A stretch of 64,000 nt of DNA. It comes from Centroscyllium fabricii. Taxonomy: Eukaryota. The position numbers and the translations under genes were made by a program. Every line of letters starts with the position of its first letter. Position 1 is the stretch's first letter. Positions 63,576-64,000 of this stretch are shown piece by piece. The stretch lies in NCBI GenBank assembly GCA_051313645.2, contig JBNRSN020000008.1, positions 121,706,001 to 121,770,000 of the forward strand. The letters run 5' to 3'. The notes beneath the pieces are model-generated. The model made no database searches, was not told where the DNA came from, and saw only the letters and a program-made list of their open reading frames with translations.

Positions 63576-64000
63576 GTTTCCACATGTACACTGACAACAC
63601 CCAGCTCTACCTCACCACCACTTCTCTCGACCCCTCCATTGCCTGTAAACTGTCAGACTGCTTGTCTGATATCCAGTACTGGATGGGCAGAAATTTCCTG
63701 CAACTAAATATTGGGAAGACTGAAGCCATTGTCTTCAGTCCCCACCACAAACTCCGTTCCCTAACTGCCAACTCCATCCCTCACCCTAACATCTGTCTGA
63801 GGCTGAACTACACTGTTCGCAACCTTGGTGTCATTTTTGGCCCTAAAATGAGCTTCCAACCACTGATCTGCAGCTATCTAAGACCACCTATTTCTACTCA
63901 GTAACATTGTCCATCTCTGCACCTGAAACCCACACCCATACCTTTGTTACCTCTAGACTTGACTATTCCAACCCACTCCTGGATGGCCTCCCATGTTCTA
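63576..64000 (+). mobile_element. Degenerate L2/CR1-group LINE reverse transcriptase fragment, 5'-truncated, runs off the window
   Basis: HMYTDNTQLYL (decayed YADDTQLY), CLSDIQYWMGRNFLQLNIGKTE, VRNLGVIF and, after a frameshift, FVTSRLDYSNPLLDGLP. Confidence 0.92.

Overview
Central part of a vertebrate HoxD cluster, all genes on the + strand: HoxD10, HoxD9, HoxD8, HoxD5, miR-10b, HoxD4 and the first coding exon of HoxD3. An intact HoxD5 plus shark-type repeats point to a cartilaginous fish (inference). Splice junctions were read by hand and all give phase-1 introns with open spliced frames. Beyond the genes I see: a probable ghost of HoxD7 (promoter and 5'UTR kept, ATG lost); an orphan promoter with a splice donor and several candidate non-coding exons that could form long cluster-spanning transcripts; four canonical-type DR5 retinoic-acid elements; a HoxC8-early-enhancer paralogue; a near-perfect miR-196 site; an out-of-frame uORF resembling the HOXA10 N-terminus; a 75-bp-arm near-perfect hairpin; and an L2 LINE fragment in the HoxD3 intron. 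Homology statements rest on recalled vertebrate Hox sequences, not on database searches. There is a 280-N assembly gap at 30111-30390.
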